Below, piece by piece: positions 38,078-39,498 of a stretch of 39,498 bases of DNA. The position numbers were made by a program, and so were the translations under genes. The stretch lies in the NCBI GenBank assembly GCA_031364845.1, contig JANLWX010000097.1, positions 1-39,498 on the forward strand. The letters are read 5' to 3'. Numbering within the stretch: position 1 is the first letter of the stretch; each line of letters opens with the position of its first letter. The notes below the pieces were generated by a model. It was given only the letters and a program-made list of their open reading frames with translations. It had not been told where the DNA came from and did not search any database. The DNA is from Candidatus Eiseniibacteriota bacterium (GTDB taxonomy: Bacteria; Eisenbacteria; RBG-16-71-46).

Positions 38078-39238
38078 ATGTTGCAACTCCTGACTCTCCT
38101 GACCACCTTGGCTACCGCCGCTGTCCTGACGCCCAATGAAGCGGTCCGGGCGGCGCTAGCGAACGACCCGGCCCTTGCTGCCCGAAAGGCCGACGTTGAC
38201 GCCGCGACGGGTATGCGACGGGAGGCCACCTTTTTCGGACGTAACCCGCAGGTGGACGTCTCAACCTCGAACGACGGCACCAGGCGCACGGGGTCGGTTG
38301 TGCAGCCTCTGTCCATCACGGGTGAAGGCTTTTTCGCGGCGAGGAGTGCTGGCGCCGGCTTGAAGGCGGCCAAGGCGAGCGCCGAACGTGCCCGCTTCGA
38401 AACTGCTGCGACTACTCGGCGCGCCTACGTCCGGGCCGTTCTTGCGCGGGAACACCTTCGCCTGGCGGATGAGGATCGGGCACTACTGGCGCGGCTGCGA
38501 GGAGTCGCGGAGGCAAGGGTTGCGGCCGGCGAGGGTGTCGATCTCGATCTGCGTTTGGCACGGCTCGAGCAAGCTCGAGCGATGGCAGCGTGGCTCGACG
38601 CTCAAAGAGAGGCCTCCGATTCCGACATCGATCTCGCAGGTCTCATCGGAATGACACCGGGAGCACTGGAGCGTGACCCCCTCACCGCCGGTCCGACAGC
38701 ACAGGGAGACCCGGCTCACCGATCTGACGTGGTCGCGGCCGAGGCTGCGACGCGCTCGGCCCGTGCCGCACTTGCCCGCGCTCGGGCAGCCATACTTCCC
38801 GCCATCGGGTTGGGCGCCTTTTACGAGAAGGACAATGGAAGCGAGATCTTCGGGCCCGCGATCACCGTTGAGTTGCCCTTGTGGAGTTGGAACCAATCGG
38901 GCGTCGGTTCGGCGCGCGGAAACCTCAGACTCGCTCAGGCGATGGAAGTGTCCATTGCGGCGCGTGCGGCCACTGAGGAAGCCCGTGCCGCGGAACGACT
39001 GAAAGTAGCGGAGGAGTCGCTGGCGGCCCTGGCTCCGGACGTTGGTGCCGAGGCCGCACCCGCGATCCGGGCAATCGAGACCCTGTTTGCGTCCGGAGAA
39101 ACAAACTTATCGGACATCTTGCTCCTGAGATTCCGAGTGGTCGAGGGGCAGCGGGCTTGGACATCGGCTCGTGCAGCGATTGCCGTTGCTCGTATTGACG
39201 TCGCACTCGCGAGGCAGTCGGAAAGCCTCATGCCCTGA
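38078..39238 (+). CDS. TolC/CzcC family outer-membrane efflux protein
   Basis: AVRAALANDP.L, NPQVDV, LPAIGLG..ELPLWSWNQ, FASGE..L.DIL; helical Ala-rich repeats; position in the RND operon. Confidence 0.85.
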   Translation: MLQLLTLLTTLATAAVLTPNEAVRAALANDPALAARKADVDAATGMRREATFFGRNPQVDVSTSNDGTRRTGSVVQPLSITGEGFFAARSAGAGLKAAKASAERARFETAATTRRAYVRAVLAREHLRLADEDRALLARLRGVAEARVAAGEGVDLDLRLARLEQARAMAAWLDAQREASDSDIDLAGLIGMTPGALERDPLTAGPTAQGDPAHRSDVVAAEAATRSARAALARARAAILPAIGLGAFYEKDNGSEIFGPAITVELPLWSWNQSGVGSARGNLRLAQAMEVSIAARAATEEARAAERLKVAEESLAALAPDVGAEAAPAIRAIETLFASGETNLSDILLLRFRVVEGQRAWTSARAAIAVARIDVALARQSESLMP

Positions 39239-39350
39239 ACCGCAAGTACCCTGAGACGACAATAGGATCGGTGGCGCACACGTGCCCCCATCCCCCCATG
39301 AAGTTGACTTCTTCGATCTGGTACCGAGCATGATTGCGCGGATCAACTGG

Positions 39351-39497
39351 TCATCCCGACCCATGACGGTGCCGGTGGTGCAGGTCCGGTGCGTGCGGGT
39401 GGTCGTGCGTCATCGGCTCGTGTTCATGGGGATGCGTGTGTCGTCGCCATGCGGGCAATCCCGGATGCACATGAGTGTGATGGCCGTCATCGTGGCG
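39351..39497 (-). CDS. His-rich C-terminal tail of a gene entering from the right edge, probably an EamA/DMT family transporter (partial, absent from ORF track)
   Basis: The minus strand translates RHDDGHHTHVHPGLPAWRRHTHPHEHEPMTHDHPHAPDLHHRHRHGSG*, with 16 His in 48 aa. The H.HPH.PDLHHRH ending is typical of His-tailed DMT proteins. Confidence 0.7.
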   Translation of the reverse strand, partial: RHDDGHHTHVHPGLPAWRRHTHPHEHEPMTHDHPHAPDLHHRHRHGSG

Positions 39498-39498
39498 C

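Larger units (their letters stand above)
30430..39498. mobile_element. Probable horizontally acquired metal-homeostasis island (no mobility gene in window)
   Basis: Abrupt rise in A/T content and A/T-ending codons right after lpdA, with all genes metal-related. Confidence 0.5.

Noticed and set aside
1..39498. CRISPR arrays, rRNA, tRNA, transposases, integrases
   Set aside because: No regularly spaced direct repeats or recognisable motifs were seen by eye.

Overview
This window is high-GC bacterial DNA from a diderm organism. Two proteins end in FlgD-Ig C-terminal domains, which suggests an FCB-related lineage such as Ca. Eisenbacteria (inference only). From left to right it contains: (1) the 3' part of an uncharacterised lipid-type operon (BtaA/DUF3419-like, CTP-dependent lipid kinase, double-GNAT acyltransferase, OleC-like adenylating enzyme, alpha/beta hydrolase); (2) a secreted protein with three Cys-rich repeats and a FlgD-Ig tail; (3) nfuA-osmC; (4) a gluzincin/PD40/Omp85 fusion; (5) a betaine-type ABC importer, TonB-dependent receptor and SulP, converging on egtD and an EgtB/OvoA-family sulfoxide synthase; (6) a secreted M4-like metalloprotease; (7) mscL; (8) sucA-sucB-lpdA; and (9), from about 30430, a visibly lower-GC metal-homeostasis region (His-rich RAGP leader ORF, HupE/UreJ, anchor protein, DUF305, HME-RND efflux with a PII-like protein and TolC, His-rich tail of a probable DMT transporter). 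I saw no rRNA, complete tRNA, CRISPR array, transposase or integrase. The best novelty candidates are the lipid operon, the putative metal-sensing arrest peptide and the ergothioneine-type synthesis plus uptake cluster. All family calls come from motif recognition by eye, not from database searches.
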